From an uncultured Pirellulaceae bacterium (GTDB taxonomy: Bacteria > Planctomycetota > Planctomycetia > Pirellulales > Pirellulaceae), in assembly GCA_964635375.1 (NCBI GenBank), contig CAZWOU010000012.1:1-62144 (forward strand): a stretch of 62,144 bases of DNA. Direction: 5' to 3'. The position numbers were made by a program, and so were the translations under genes. Below the pieces are notes generated by a model, which was not told the origin of the DNA, did no database searches, and saw nothing but the letters and a program-made list of their open reading frames with translations. Positions 7,635 through 17,400 of the stretch are shown here, in pieces. The stretch's first letter is position 1; each line of letters starts with the position of its first letter.

Positions 7635-9467
7635 ATGTTTGGGCCTGTTTTTGCACGCGAAGCGGCCACCTCGCCGCGACGACCAAGGCACTTCTTGCAG
7701 CGGGGAATCTACCTCACCGCGGTCTTGGTGCTGATGTGTACGGCTTGGCTGCTGCTGACTGGCGCCCAATTGATCCGCAATGTGGGAGACATGTCCCGGT
7801 TTGGCGCGATTCTGTTCCAGATACTCTCACCGATTCAACTGGCCCTGCTGACTTTCCTGGCCGCTTTCGGCGCCGCCAGCGCGGTATCGCAAGAAAAAGA
7901 CAAACGGACCTTGCTGCTCCTCCTGCTGACTCGGATGCGCAATCACGAGTTGGTGCTGGGGAAGATGCTGGCGAGCTCACTCAATGTTCTGGTCATGTTG
8001 GCGGCGAGTTTTCCGGTGTTCCTGGCGATCACTTTGTTTGGGGGCGTATCGACGAGCCAAGTCGTCTCGGTCTTCGCCGTGACGTTGACGACCGTTCTTG
8101 CCGCGGGGAGCCTGGGCGTCCTAGTCGCCTTCTGGCGGGAAAAGACGTTCCAAACCCTGGCTTTGACTGCGGTGATGCTGCTGATGTGGCTGGGCCTCTG
8201 GGAAGCGGTGCAACTGAATCTGTTTGGAACGGAGATTCTCGGCTTGCAGAGCCAAGCGTGGGCAGAGGCGTTTAGCCCAATTCGCGCGATCCATGCAGCG
8301 GCCAGGCCCGAGCTGAACCCAACTTGGTTCGTTAGCCAATCCACGCTGACCTATCTCATTTGCTCGCTGCTCGGCGCTGCATTGCTCAACGGAGTCGCAG
8401 TCGCTTTCGTACGTGTATGGAATCCGTCGCGCGAAGTCCGTCCCGGCCAAGCCAACGAAGAGGGCGAATCGAGCATCTGGGGCCCTGCCGACGATGGCAA
8501 AGTGAGCAGTGCGAGTGATTCGGAGGGGCAACGCTCCGGTCACGTTGACGCCCGCGTTCGGGCGGCTTCGAGCGACAGTCGGCGGGTCTGGGATAACCCG
8601 GTATTGTGGCGGGAAGTTTGCACTTGGGCCTATGGCCGGAAGGTGCTCATCATCCGTTTCGTCTACCTGGTGCTGTTTGCGATGGTTGCCGCAGCGCTCT
8701 TGCTGACTCAGGCGGGGCCCGACATCGCGACGGGGCTGAGCTCGATTGTTCCCAGGTCGGCTCAACCTTTGGCGCCCTTTCTGCTCGTCAGTCTCGTGAT
8801 CGTCAACGCGCTGGCGGTAACCTCTATCACGAACGAGCGCGACGGCCAAGCACTGGACCTGTTATTGGTCACCGACTTGTCGCCTCGAGAGTTCGTGTTT
8901 GGCAAGTTACTTGGCGTTTTTTGGGTGACGAAGGAAATGATCGTATTGCCGATCCTGCTATGCATTACGTTGTGGTGGCAAGAGAGAATCGGCGGTGAGA
9001 ATCTCATCCTCTTGATAGGCGGTCTGTTGACCATGAACGGGTTTGCCGCAATGCTCGGCGTGCATTGCGGGATGACTTACGCCAACAGTCGCACATCGAT
9101 TGGGGCGAGCTTGGGAACTCTGTTCTTCTTGTTCCTGGGCGTGGTCACGCTGATGGCGATGATGATCTCTTTCAGCGGATCCTTTCAGACTCAGTTGACT
9201 CCATTCCTGGCCTTCATTTTGGGCGGGAGCGTCGGACTATACGCCGCCTTGGGTTCGCGAAATCCATCGCAGGCTATTCTGTTAGCGGCTTTGATGTTGC
9301 CAATCGCCACCTTCTACTCGATCACTAGTTTTCTGCTCGATCACATGATGGCGGTTTTCCTGGTGACAGTTGGCACGTATGGCTTTACGATTGCGGCAAT
9401 GTTGATGCCGGCGATCGGCGAATTCGACATCGCAATGGGACGAACAAAAACGGCTGAGGAGGAGTAG
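7635..9467 (+). CDS. Fused (duplicated) ABC-2-type transporter permease-like polytopic membrane protein
   Basis: The N-terminus MFGPVFAREAATSPRR recurs mid-protein as NPVLWREVCTWAYGRK. Each copy is followed by multiple TM helices. A hydrophilic linker joins the two halves. Confidence 0.7.
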   Translation: MFGPVFAREAATSPRRPRHFLQRGIYLTAVLVLMCTAWLLLTGAQLIRNVGDMSRFGAILFQILSPIQLALLTFLAAFGAASAVSQEKDKRTLLLLLLTRMRNHELVLGKMLASSLNVLVMLAASFPVFLAITLFGGVSTSQVVSVFAVTLTTVLAAGSLGVLVAFWREKTFQTLALTAVMLLMWLGLWEAVQLNLFGTEILGLQSQAWAEAFSPIRAIHAAARPELNPTWFVSQSTLTYLICSLLGAALLNGVAVAFVRVWNPSREVRPGQANEEGESSIWGPADDGKVSSASDSEGQRSGHVDARVRAASSDSRRVWDNPVLWREVCTWAYGRKVLIIRFVYLVLFAMVAAALLLTQAGPDIATGLSSIVPRSAQPLAPFLLVSLVIVNALAVTSITNERDGQALDLLLVTDLSPREFVFGKLLGVFWVTKEMIVLPILLCITLWWQERIGGENLILLIGGLLTMNGFAAMLGVHCGMTYANSRTSIGASLGTLFFLFLGVVTLMAMMISFSGSFQTQLTPFLAFILGGSVGLYAALGSRNPSQAILLAALMLPIATFYSITSFLLDHMMAVFLVTVGTYGFTIAAMLMPAIGEFDIAMGRTKTAEEE

Positions 9468-9506
9468 CCCAAGTCTCCCTCGTGCGCGGACAACTTACGG
9501 AAAGCG

Positions 9507-9546
9507 GTTGGCGTCATCGTCTCCAAGGGATGGCGGAGACGCCAAC
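9507..9546 (+). terminator. Possible stem-loop terminator without a U tract
   Basis: Inverted repeat GTTGGCGTC ... GACGCCAAC lies 40 nt after the stop at 9467. No T-run follows, so this call is weak. Confidence 0.3.
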
Positions 9547-9604
9547 AGAGGCGGACCGAATCTCAAGTTGACAAGGCACTCGTAAGGCGGGCTCCAAAAC
9601 GATC

Positions 9605-10861
9605 GTGATCATATGGCAGGAATGTTGGCCTTGGTTGGCCGCAATGACGGCCCTGTTGGCGTGTTCTGCGTTTTTCTCAGCGAGTGAAGCGGCCTTGTTT
9701 TCACTTCGGCCGGCGGACCGCAGGGATTTGCGAGACGAAGCCATGGGAAGAGTCGCCGCATCGCTGCTGCTCGACCCCGACCGACTGCTCTCCGCGATCC
9801 TGTTCTGGAATTTGGTGCTCAATCTGGCCTACTTCGCGGTCGTCTCGATCGTCTGCTTCAAACTGCAAGCAACCGCTCCCACGGGAACCTCGTGGGTCTT
9901 TGCCGCAGGCGCGCTCATGGCTGTCATTTCCTTCGGCGAAATGTTGCCCAAAACCATGGGTGTGCTCGGCGCCAAGAAACTGTCAAGAAGCGTTGGTCGG
10001 TCCGTACAAGCTGCGGTGGCGGTTCTCGATCCGATCATGCCCGCGTTGCGACTGGTGACGCGAGTCTCCCAGCGACTTCTCTGGCCGGGATTGCCAGCTG
10101 AACCCTACTTGGAGCTCGAAGACCTTGAGCAAGCGATCACGGTTTCGCGCGAAGACCAAGCGTTGGCCGACCAAGAGCGAATCGTACTGAAGAACATTGT
10201 CTCGCTGTCCGACATACGCATCGACGAATGGATGAGGCCGCGAACTCAGTTTACTTCCTTTCGGCCGCCTGTTTCGCTTTCAGACTTGAACGGTCGGATT
10301 ACGCCGAGCGGGTATTTGCTGGTGACCGAAACGTCATCGGACGACGTTTCCGCGGCCCTGCATTTGACGGGTCTCTCTTCGCTGCCGGACGAGAACCTGG
10401 AAGCGTTGGCCGCGCCTGTCGTCACTTTGCCCTGGTGCGCGACCGTCGCGCAAGCCCTTGAATCGATGTCGAGCATGGAGCTCGATGTGGCTGTGATCGT
10501 AAATGAATATGGCGATACGATCGGGATTCTCACCCGTGAGGATATCCTCGACACGATCTTCAATTTCAGCCCGAGCCGCAGCAAGATGCTCATGAATGAA
10601 AAGCCTATCCATGACATCGCCGACGGCGTCTGGATCGTCGCGGGCGTCACCAGCCTGCGCCGGCTGAGCAAGTATCTCGACATGCCGCTGCCGGCGAGCA
10701 GGTGCGTTACGGTGGCCGGCGTTGTTCAAGAGCGGCTGCAGAAATTGGCCAGCGAAGGGGATCGCTGCCACTGGGGCCAGTTCGAGCTTCAAGTCATCGA
10801 GACGCCTCAGCGAGGGCACATGTTAATTCGAGTGACGCTCGATCGAGGTCGCTCGCAATGA
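9605..10861 (+). CDS. CNNM/DUF21 - CBS pair - CorC_HlyC family divalent-cation transporter (hemolysin-family protein)
   Basis: The DUF21 N-terminus is LLACSAFFSASEAALFSL. A CBS region and a C-terminal transporter-associated domain follow. The start is a GTG at 9605. Confidence 0.85.
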   Translation: MIIWQECWPWLAAMTALLACSAFFSASEAALFSLRPADRRDLRDEAMGRVAASLLLDPDRLLSAILFWNLVLNLAYFAVVSIVCFKLQATAPTGTSWVFAAGALMAVISFGEMLPKTMGVLGAKKLSRSVGRSVQAAVAVLDPIMPALRLVTRVSQRLLWPGLPAEPYLELEDLEQAITVSREDQALADQERIVLKNIVSLSDIRIDEWMRPRTQFTSFRPPVSLSDLNGRITPSGYLLVTETSSDDVSAALHLTGLSSLPDENLEALAAPVVTLPWCATVAQALESMSSMELDVAVIVNEYGDTIGILTREDILDTIFNFSPSRSKMLMNEKPIHDIADGVWIVAGVTSLRRLSKYLDMPLPASRCVTVAGVVQERLQKLASEGDRCHWGQFELQVIETPQRGHMLIRVTLDRGRSQ

Positions 10862-11826
10862 CGCCATTTACGATAACCTTGCTATTCCTCCTGGGGCTCT
10901 TCTTCAGCGCTTTCTTTAGCGGGTCGGAAACCGGTTTCTACCGACTCAATCGGATCCGACTGATTTTTGACGCCAGAAGCGGCGACAAGATCGCCGGTTT
11001 GCTGCTCTGGCTGACGAACCACCCAACGCTCGTTGTCGGCGCCACGCTCGTCGGGAACAACCTGGCAAACTACCTCACCTCATTCGCGATCGTGGCGATG
11101 GTCTCACAGTCGCATTGGGATTCGCGGTGGAGTGAACTCGGAGCAACGGTTGCGATGTCGCCGATTGTGTTTGTCTACGGAGAACTGCTACCCAAGAGCG
11201 CATTCTTTCGTGCGCCCAATCGGCTCATTCGGCTCGGCGGACCGCTGATGATTGTGTGTGTCGCGATCTTCGCACCGGTCGCCGGACTACTTTGGGCGAT
11301 CGGCCTAGCCCTGCAGAGAATGCTTGGCGAAACGCCGCTGCAATTCCGCCAATCCGTGGCTCGCCACGAACTGCAGCAGATATTTCAGGAGGGACATGAC
11401 GTCGGATTGCTGATGTCGTCTCAGCAGCGGCTGAGCCGCAATTTATTTGGAGTCGCTTCGAGGCCCGTTCGGGGCTTCTGCGCACCGCCTCATCAGTTGC
11501 TTGACACGCGTTTAGGCGAACCGAAAGAGCGACTCTTGGAAATCGCAGCGCGGCGCGGCCTGACGTCGGCGCCAATACTCGATCCCGTAGACGGCGAGAC
11601 GTGGATGGGATACGTCCGCATCGTCGACCTCTACCTCAACGACTCACCCACAATCGACGCGATTCGCCCACTGCCTCAGGTGTTGAGCGAGGAAAGCTAT
11701 CTCGATGCTCTGATGTACCTTCAAGATCAAGGCGAGAAGATGGCCCAGGTTCTCGGACCGGACGGCAGCCCCGTCGGTCTGGTCTTTGCCGAAAGCTTGG
11801 TCGAGCCCTTATTTCGCAACCGGTGA
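10858..11826 (+). CDS. Second CNNM/DUF21-CBS membrane protein lacking the CorC_HlyC tail
   Basis: The ATG at 10858 overlaps the upstream TGA (ATGA). The N-terminus is LFLLGLFFSAFFSGSETGFYRLN. Confidence 0.8.
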   Translation: MTPFTITLLFLLGLFFSAFFSGSETGFYRLNRIRLIFDARSGDKIAGLLLWLTNHPTLVVGATLVGNNLANYLTSFAIVAMVSQSHWDSRWSELGATVAMSPIVFVYGELLPKSAFFRAPNRLIRLGGPLMIVCVAIFAPVAGLLWAIGLALQRMLGETPLQFRQSVARHELQQIFQEGHDVGLLMSSQQRLSRNLFGVASRPVRGFCAPPHQLLDTRLGEPKERLLEIAARRGLTSAPILDPVDGETWMGYVRIVDLYLNDSPTIDAIRPLPQVLSEESYLDALMYLQDQGEKMAQVLGPDGSPVGLVFAESLVEPLFRNR

Positions 11827-11833
11827 ACGAGGG

Positions 11834-12085
11834 CTACGTCGTCGCGGTTTCGACAGGCGACTTGCTGTATCCGAGCCCCGTGACGACTCCCAGTATTTCT
11901 TCATAGCTGATGAAGCGGCGGCGGTGCTGCAATTTGTATTCGTCGATCGCCCTCCCCAGCTCGGCCGCATCAGGTGATAGGCTGTCATGGCTGTCCGCAA
12001 ATTGGCGGCGTTCGCGACCCAAAGCCGCCGAATCTTGGTTCGAACGACGATCGCGAAATGACGAATTGCCTTCAAACGTCGACAT
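11834..12085 (-). CDS. Small conserved-looking hypothetical protein (83 aa)
   Basis: The ATG has a GGGGAG 8 nt upstream. The C-terminal half is globular (ELGRAIDEYKLQHRRRFISYEEILGVVTGLGY). Confidence 0.5.
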   Translation of the reverse strand: MSTFEGNSSFRDRRSNQDSAALGRERRQFADSHDSLSPDAAELGRAIDEYKLQHRRRFISYEEILGVVTGLGYSKSPVETATT

Positions 12086-12376
12086 AGCACTGACTCCCCG
12101 ACTCGAGATAGAGCAAAATGCGGCCAGCAGCTAGTTCGGCCACCAAGTATATGTAGCTCACAGAATCAGAACTGGTTGCTTCATTTCCATGGCGGACTTG
12201 CAATCTGCGTAGACGCGACTACCGCGCCCACTGCTGGCGCACGCCATATCGGCACAACCGGCACAACCGTTTGGTCAAGGCCGTCGGGGGCCAATCGCAG
12301 CCGACTCGCCGAGACCGTCCCAATCATGCGAAGATTCTGGATGGCAACCGCCGTCGCGTTTCCAGGCACGGCCTAG

Positions 12377-13363
12377 CTAGCGACGTGGATTGGCTGGTTC
12401 TGTTTGGGCTAGGCGGCGGTTGATTTGAATGGCTTGAGCGTGGTTGGGCGCCATCAGCAAGGCAGCTTCGATCGCCATTCTTGCGCCCGAGAGATTCCCA
12501 GCCGCCTGCTGAGATTCAGCCAGTCGGACGAGGATGTTGGGATTGTTCGGCTGCAGCTCGGCGCAACGGCGATAGGAAACCGAAGCCGCCCGATGACGAC
12601 CGATAGACGTCTGTGCGAGAGCCCGCAGGTGGTAGAGGCCGTGGGGTGATAAATCAGGCGTCAATTGCTGCTCCAACAACGACAACGTCGCTAGAGCTCG
12701 CTGAGGTCTTCGTTGACGCTGGTAGATTCCCGCGATCGCCATCTGCACCTGAGGGTAGTGGTTCTGGATGTTGAGGGCTTCGTTGTAGCGATCCATCGCA
12801 TCATCCAAGCGACCGCGAGCCGAGAGGACATCGCCTCGAAGCGCATAGGCGCTCGCCAGACTCCGATCGGTCTGAATGGCCGTGGCAGCCGCCGTCCCGG
12901 CCTCATCCAGACTTCCTTGCTGAAGAAGCATCGTCCCCAGAGTGACGAGCCGAGTCGGGTCGCCCGCGGACAACCTCACGCTCTCCTTGAGATGCTTGAG
13001 AGCCTCCTCGTGCTCACCCCGCCGCCACAGCGTCTCGGCGTACATCGCGTGGGCGCGCTCCTCCAGCGGGGAAGACTCTATCGCTTCGGCAAACAGATTT
13101 TCAGCCTCTCGAAACTTTGACCTTTGCATCGCGTCAGCGCCGCGAAGCACCTTCTGCCGAGCCGAAAGAACGTGGTCCGGCACCGGCTTGCGGCCTGAAA
13201 TCGCACAGCCCGTCGCAATCGGGAACCACAAAGCCAACACGAAACCGACTAGCGCCGAACGCCCCGATGCCGTGCGACGCTTCTTCAGCGTGCAACTGCG
13301 AGCGAGCCTCGACGAAGGCGCGATGGCAGACGAGGTGGGGCGAATGGTGCCGGGTTGCTGCAT
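12377..13363 (-). CDS. TPR-repeat lipoprotein
   Basis: A lipobox is present (LWFPIATGC). Several TPR units are visible (AENLFAEAIESSP, AHAMYAETLWRRGEHEEALKHLKESV and others). The first ATG is at 13363; the ORF track start at 13405 is a TTG. Confidence 0.75.
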   Translation of the reverse strand: MQQPGTIRPTSSAIAPSSRLARSCTLKKRRTASGRSALVGFVLALWFPIATGCAISGRKPVPDHVLSARQKVLRGADAMQRSKFREAENLFAEAIESSPLEERAHAMYAETLWRRGEHEEALKHLKESVRLSAGDPTRLVTLGTMLLQQGSLDEAGTAAATAIQTDRSLASAYALRGDVLSARGRLDDAMDRYNEALNIQNHYPQVQMAIAGIYQRQRRPQRALATLSLLEQQLTPDLSPHGLYHLRALAQTSIGRHRAASVSYRRCAELQPNNPNILVRLAESQQAAGNLSGARMAIEAALLMAPNHAQAIQINRRLAQTEPANPRR

Positions 13364-13628
13364 GATCGATCCGAGAGAATCAAGCGACGTGGGATTTGGG
13401 CGCAAGAGGCTATCAAAACGGCTCGTAGTTCGGCAACCTCAACCAGCCCAGTTCCTGCGGTTTTCCGCCGATTCTCCCTGGACGCGTCCCTTCTGAACCA
13501 GCCAGGTCACGCACCTCGCCCACCGCGACGCCGATTCTCGGTTCTCAACGTCGTGCGGTGTACAAGATCCCCGCCAATCGGGATGATACGAGTCGCCCAC
13601 AGCCTGTTCCCGCCCCAGAGAATCGACT

Positions 13629-14066
13629 ATGTCCGTCGGCCGGTTTGAACGCGAAGAAGTACAATTTCAGTATCCAGAGAACTGGACCGTCCAGGAGCAA
13701 ACTGCCGAACTCCGCCAACTGGCGGTCACGGTGGAGAGCCCCACTGGCGGATTCTGGTCCCTGCAATGTCTGGGCAGCGACATTCGCCCTCAACAGGCAG
13801 CCGACCAGGCTCTCGAGACGATGAGAGCGGAGTACGAGCAACTCGAGGGCGAGGCAGTCGAGGAGGAATGCGGCGGCCATGTACTGCTCGGCTACGACAT
13901 CGACTTCTACTGTCTGGACCTGGTCGTCCAATCCCGCGTGCGGTCATTTGAGACCAACGGCAAGACCTATCTACTGCTTTGCCAGGCGGAAGACCGAGAC
14001 TTTGTCGAGTTGCGGCCAGTCTTCGCCGCGATCACGCTGTCGCTCACGCGTGATTTACGGAACTGA
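13629..14066 (+). CDS. Hypothetical cytoplasmic protein (145 aa)
   Basis: Clean ORF with an ATG start, non-repetitive globular composition and a terminator downstream. Confidence 0.6.
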   Translation: MSVGRFEREEVQFQYPENWTVQEQTAELRQLAVTVESPTGGFWSLQCLGSDIRPQQAADQALETMRAEYEQLEGEAVEEECGGHVLLGYDIDFYCLDLVVQSRVRSFETNGKTYLLLCQAEDRDFVELRPVFAAITLSLTRDLRN

Positions 14067-14111
14067 CGAGGCGAATTGGGTCAACGCGTCTGGCGAGTGG
14101 GCCCGACCAAG

Positions 14112-14153
14112 AAATAAAAAAGGCTCGGTGGAGTGGGTTCCCACCGAGCCTTT
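14112..14153 (-). terminator. Bidirectional rho-independent terminator, stronger on the minus strand
   Basis: A 10-11-bp stem AGGCTCGGTGG / CCACCGAGCCT is present. The minus strand reads TTTTTTATTT after the stem and the plus strand reads TTT. Confidence 0.75.
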
Positions 14154-14475
14154 CGTGACCGTGAAAGTGGCTTGCTTGGCAGCGATAATTGCCGTCCACT
14201 CGACGGCTCGCCTTAGATCACGGTTCGCGTCAACCGTTTGCATGACCTCGGATTTGCGGGATCCGGGGTCGCGTGGGTCGCATTGCAAACGTGAAGGCGA
14301 TAAGAAAGCACGCGGCGCGCCGCTCGGCACGAGAATCTCCAATCTTAAGAAAAACTTGCCAGATTCCTGGAGAAATCGCCCACCGGCCAACTCACATTCG
14401 ACTGGTCGATTCGGCCAACTGTGTAAGAGTTACAATCCGACCAGGGCGAGCGTGAACATCTTTCAATTCGTAGTG

Positions 14476-17400
14476 TCACCGCCCGGTGAACTCATTCAAC
14501 GGCATGTGTCGAAAGCGGACTTCCAAGGAGAGCAGATTGAGCGTGGTCACAAAGAGCCGGCCAGCTTGCGCGCCCCAGCGATCGGGAACTGGGCGAATCG
14601 GATCCCAGCTTCCCGCTTGAGGCCCCTGCTGCACCTGCGTGCGAAGAAGCCTCGGGCGAAGCGATTCGTTCCACTTCTCCCAATACTCCCCCTTCATATG
14701 AAACATCACTTGGGTCGCGTAATACCAGTAATAGGTATCCCGACGGGCATCATAGGCCGACTTGTCGTCGACGCCGGGAAGTCGGTCGAGCAGGTAGACG
14801 GCGCCCTTCTTCATCGAGACAGAATCACGATTCTGGCCCGCATAGAATTTCATCAGCAGCCCGACGGCGGTCATGGTGGTCGTCGGATTGCGACCGTGCC
14901 GCTGGGTCGGCGTATCGGGAGCGTCAGGGTTATAGCGGAACTTCTCGCCTGAGGGCCCCGTGGAAGCTCGCTCCAGCCAGCGATCAATCCGCTCGTAGGT
15001 GTCGTCAGCGACATCTAGCCCAGCCAGTTGACCGCTCTTGAGCGCCATCATCATCCATCCCGTAACCGACGTGTCGCCGGCCCCTTGGGGCGTGTAACGC
15101 CAGCCGCCGGATTTGGGGTCCTGGGCGTAGGCGATGAAGTCGAGCGCCTTCTGAGCCGGTTCCTTGAGGGCGGGGTCCTGGGTCATGCCGTAGGCTTCGG
15201 TCAGAGCCAAGGCGGCGATCCCATGGCTGTACAGCCAGACGGCTGAATTCGAAAACTCATCCGAAGGCAGGTAAAGGTCGCCGTTGTCCTTCTGAATCGA
15301 AACCAGAAACTGAACTGCGGCGTTGCAGTTCGCCTTGTATTCGTAATCCTTGTGATGGTACCCGGCGCCTTGGAACGCTAGCAAAGCGAGTCCGGTGGCG
15401 GCCGTGTCTGAGCTCATTTGAGCTTCGCGGGCGTCGTAGCCCTGCAGGGTCCAGCGACCGTCTTCTAGTTGGTTTCGGGCGAGGAAAGCGAGCCCTAGAT
15501 CGATCGCTCTCTCAGTTTGGGGTCCAAGTCGATTTCGGCGACCGCTGGGATTGCGGCCGGCAAAAGCCTCCTTGGCAACCACGACGCTCGAGTTCAGGCT
15601 GAGCGCGCCCCCGGTGTCTTTCTTGAGGTATCGCACGGGGCGGGTGTGGACTTGCATGCTGTCGCGTTGGGCGCGGCGCGAGTTGAGCCCTGCGTTGATG
15701 GCGGCGATCGAGCCCAGCCCACCAGGGCCTTCCTTCGCGGCCGACTCAACCGCGATCGCGCCAGCCGCTTGCCGTCGCAGCGCAGCCGTCTGATCTCCAA
15801 ACTGGGCGGAAGGCCCCTCCATCATGGCAACCGGAATGTCACCGGGCGACGGTGCGCCAACAAAGCTTGCCTGACTGGAGGGTGCGAACTGGCGAGCTGA
15901 CCGCCGGGCCGTTGCATTGCTGGTCGAATCGGATATCTCCGGCCCGCCGCCCGCTCCGCCGCCGTCAGCTCGCTGGGCTGTCGCACTGGCAAGGGCGCCT
16001 GTCGGCAATTCGCCCGGACTACCGCCCGGACTGTCCGAAATCGTCGGTTCCGACTCGCTGGCGTTCTGCTTGCCAACACTGGCTGAGGAGGCGGCGATGG
16101 GCGAACCGGACGGTTCTCCAGTTGAGCTTGTTTGGCCCGCAATCGCGATTGTCTCAGCTTGGCTTGCTGCGGCGAAGCTGGGACCTGTGCTGCGTCGCGA
16201 CAAACTGGGCGAGCCGCCGCCGATCTTGGGCGCCCCTGTCGAGCCGTCAGCCACTTCAGCGCGGGCCGATTGAGCGTCGCCAAGGCGCGTGGACGCGAGC
16301 TCGCCTCCGCCCGCTTCCGCAGCGGCCGAATTGGCGGGCGCCCCATTGTTGCTCAGGCGGCCAATCTCACCGGCAGCTGCGACGGCTTCCACAGAGGCTG
16401 GCGCGGTCGCATTGCCGGCAACGGACTCGGCTGGGGCTGGGTCGAGGGCCACGCGAGCGCCGGCGATCGCCAATTGAGGCGCGCCGCCCCGCATCCGCTC
16501 AGCCAGTCGCCGGGCGCGTTTCTTCTCCTCGTCTTCCTCATCGTCATCCTCTTCCTCGCCCGAGCTCGTTGCCGGCTCGGCCAGTTCGCCGCCCAATTCA
16601 GCCCGAGCCAATTGGGGCGAACCGAGCTCGGCAGCCTCACTGGTGGTCGTCGATTCGGCCGAAGACGGCTGGCCGCTGGCGGTCGAGGTCGCTTCCGACG
16701 CTTGGGCTCGTTCGCCCAGACTCGAAGCGACTGAGGCTTGTAACGGCTGGCTCTGGCCCCCCGCTTCCGCCGTCTGGGCGGGACTGCCGACGCCATCCAC
16801 AGCCACGACCAATTCCGGTGAGCCCAATGACCGACGCCGGGTCGGTTGAGGGTCGCCATCACTGTGAACTTCGGGTTGACCGCCGCCCGCAGAACGATTG
16901 CGAGCTGCACCACTTTCCGAGACGACACGGGTCGGCCCGAGATCGATTTCGGTCGCCCCCGCCGCGCCGGTGATCGAGGCGCTCTCAGCATTCGAAAGCG
17001 ACTGCTCGAGAGCTGCGGAAGCGGAAGAATCCAACTCGGCAACTCGACTGGTTGCTGAGGAATTGGCCACCGTCACCTCTTGGGGAGCGAACACCGAAGT
17101 GCTCCGCTCGCTCATCGCTCGTGTGTTTCTCGTCAGCGCTGGCGCCTGCGGCCGAAGGGCTGGCCCCTGGGGCGTGTCCTGGGTAGCCACACGTCGCCGC
17201 GCTGCGGATGAGGCGACTTGTGAAGGCGTGTCAGCAGCGGGGGACGAGCGATCGAGGTTGGGTGATCCACCCGCGCCTGCCACACCGCTCTGGCCGCGAT
17301 TCATCGCCATAGCGGACGGCTCGACAGTCGGTCGACCGTCAGCCGCGCCGGCCGATGCGGTCTCCGCACTCTGCGACCTCGCCGTGGACGCCACGGAAAT

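Noticed and set aside
12037-12044. GGTTCGAA string resembling a tRNA T-loop
   Set aside because: The flanks cannot form an acceptor or T stem, and the string lies inside a CDS with a good Shine-Dalgarno sequence. I found no tRNA cloverleaf anywhere in the window.
13879-14952. 357-aa plus-strand ORF spanning the 14112-14153 terminator and the 3' end of the giant gene
   Set aside because: It crosses a bidirectional terminator and overlaps two better-supported genes. It has no motifs.
14998-15015. DVADDT in the C-terminal domain of the giant protein, superficially like the squalene-hopene cyclase DxDDTA catalytic motif
   Set aside because: The spacing differs (D-x-x-DD rather than D-x-DD), and the true shc in this window has the canonical DVDDT. 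I treat this as coincidence and not as evidence of cyclase activity.
15852-16973. 373-aa plus-strand ORF, and several similar ORFs, inside the giant gene
   Set aside because: These are antisense shadow ORFs within a low-complexity GC-rich region. Their translations are Arg/Pro/Ser-rich and have no start-site support.
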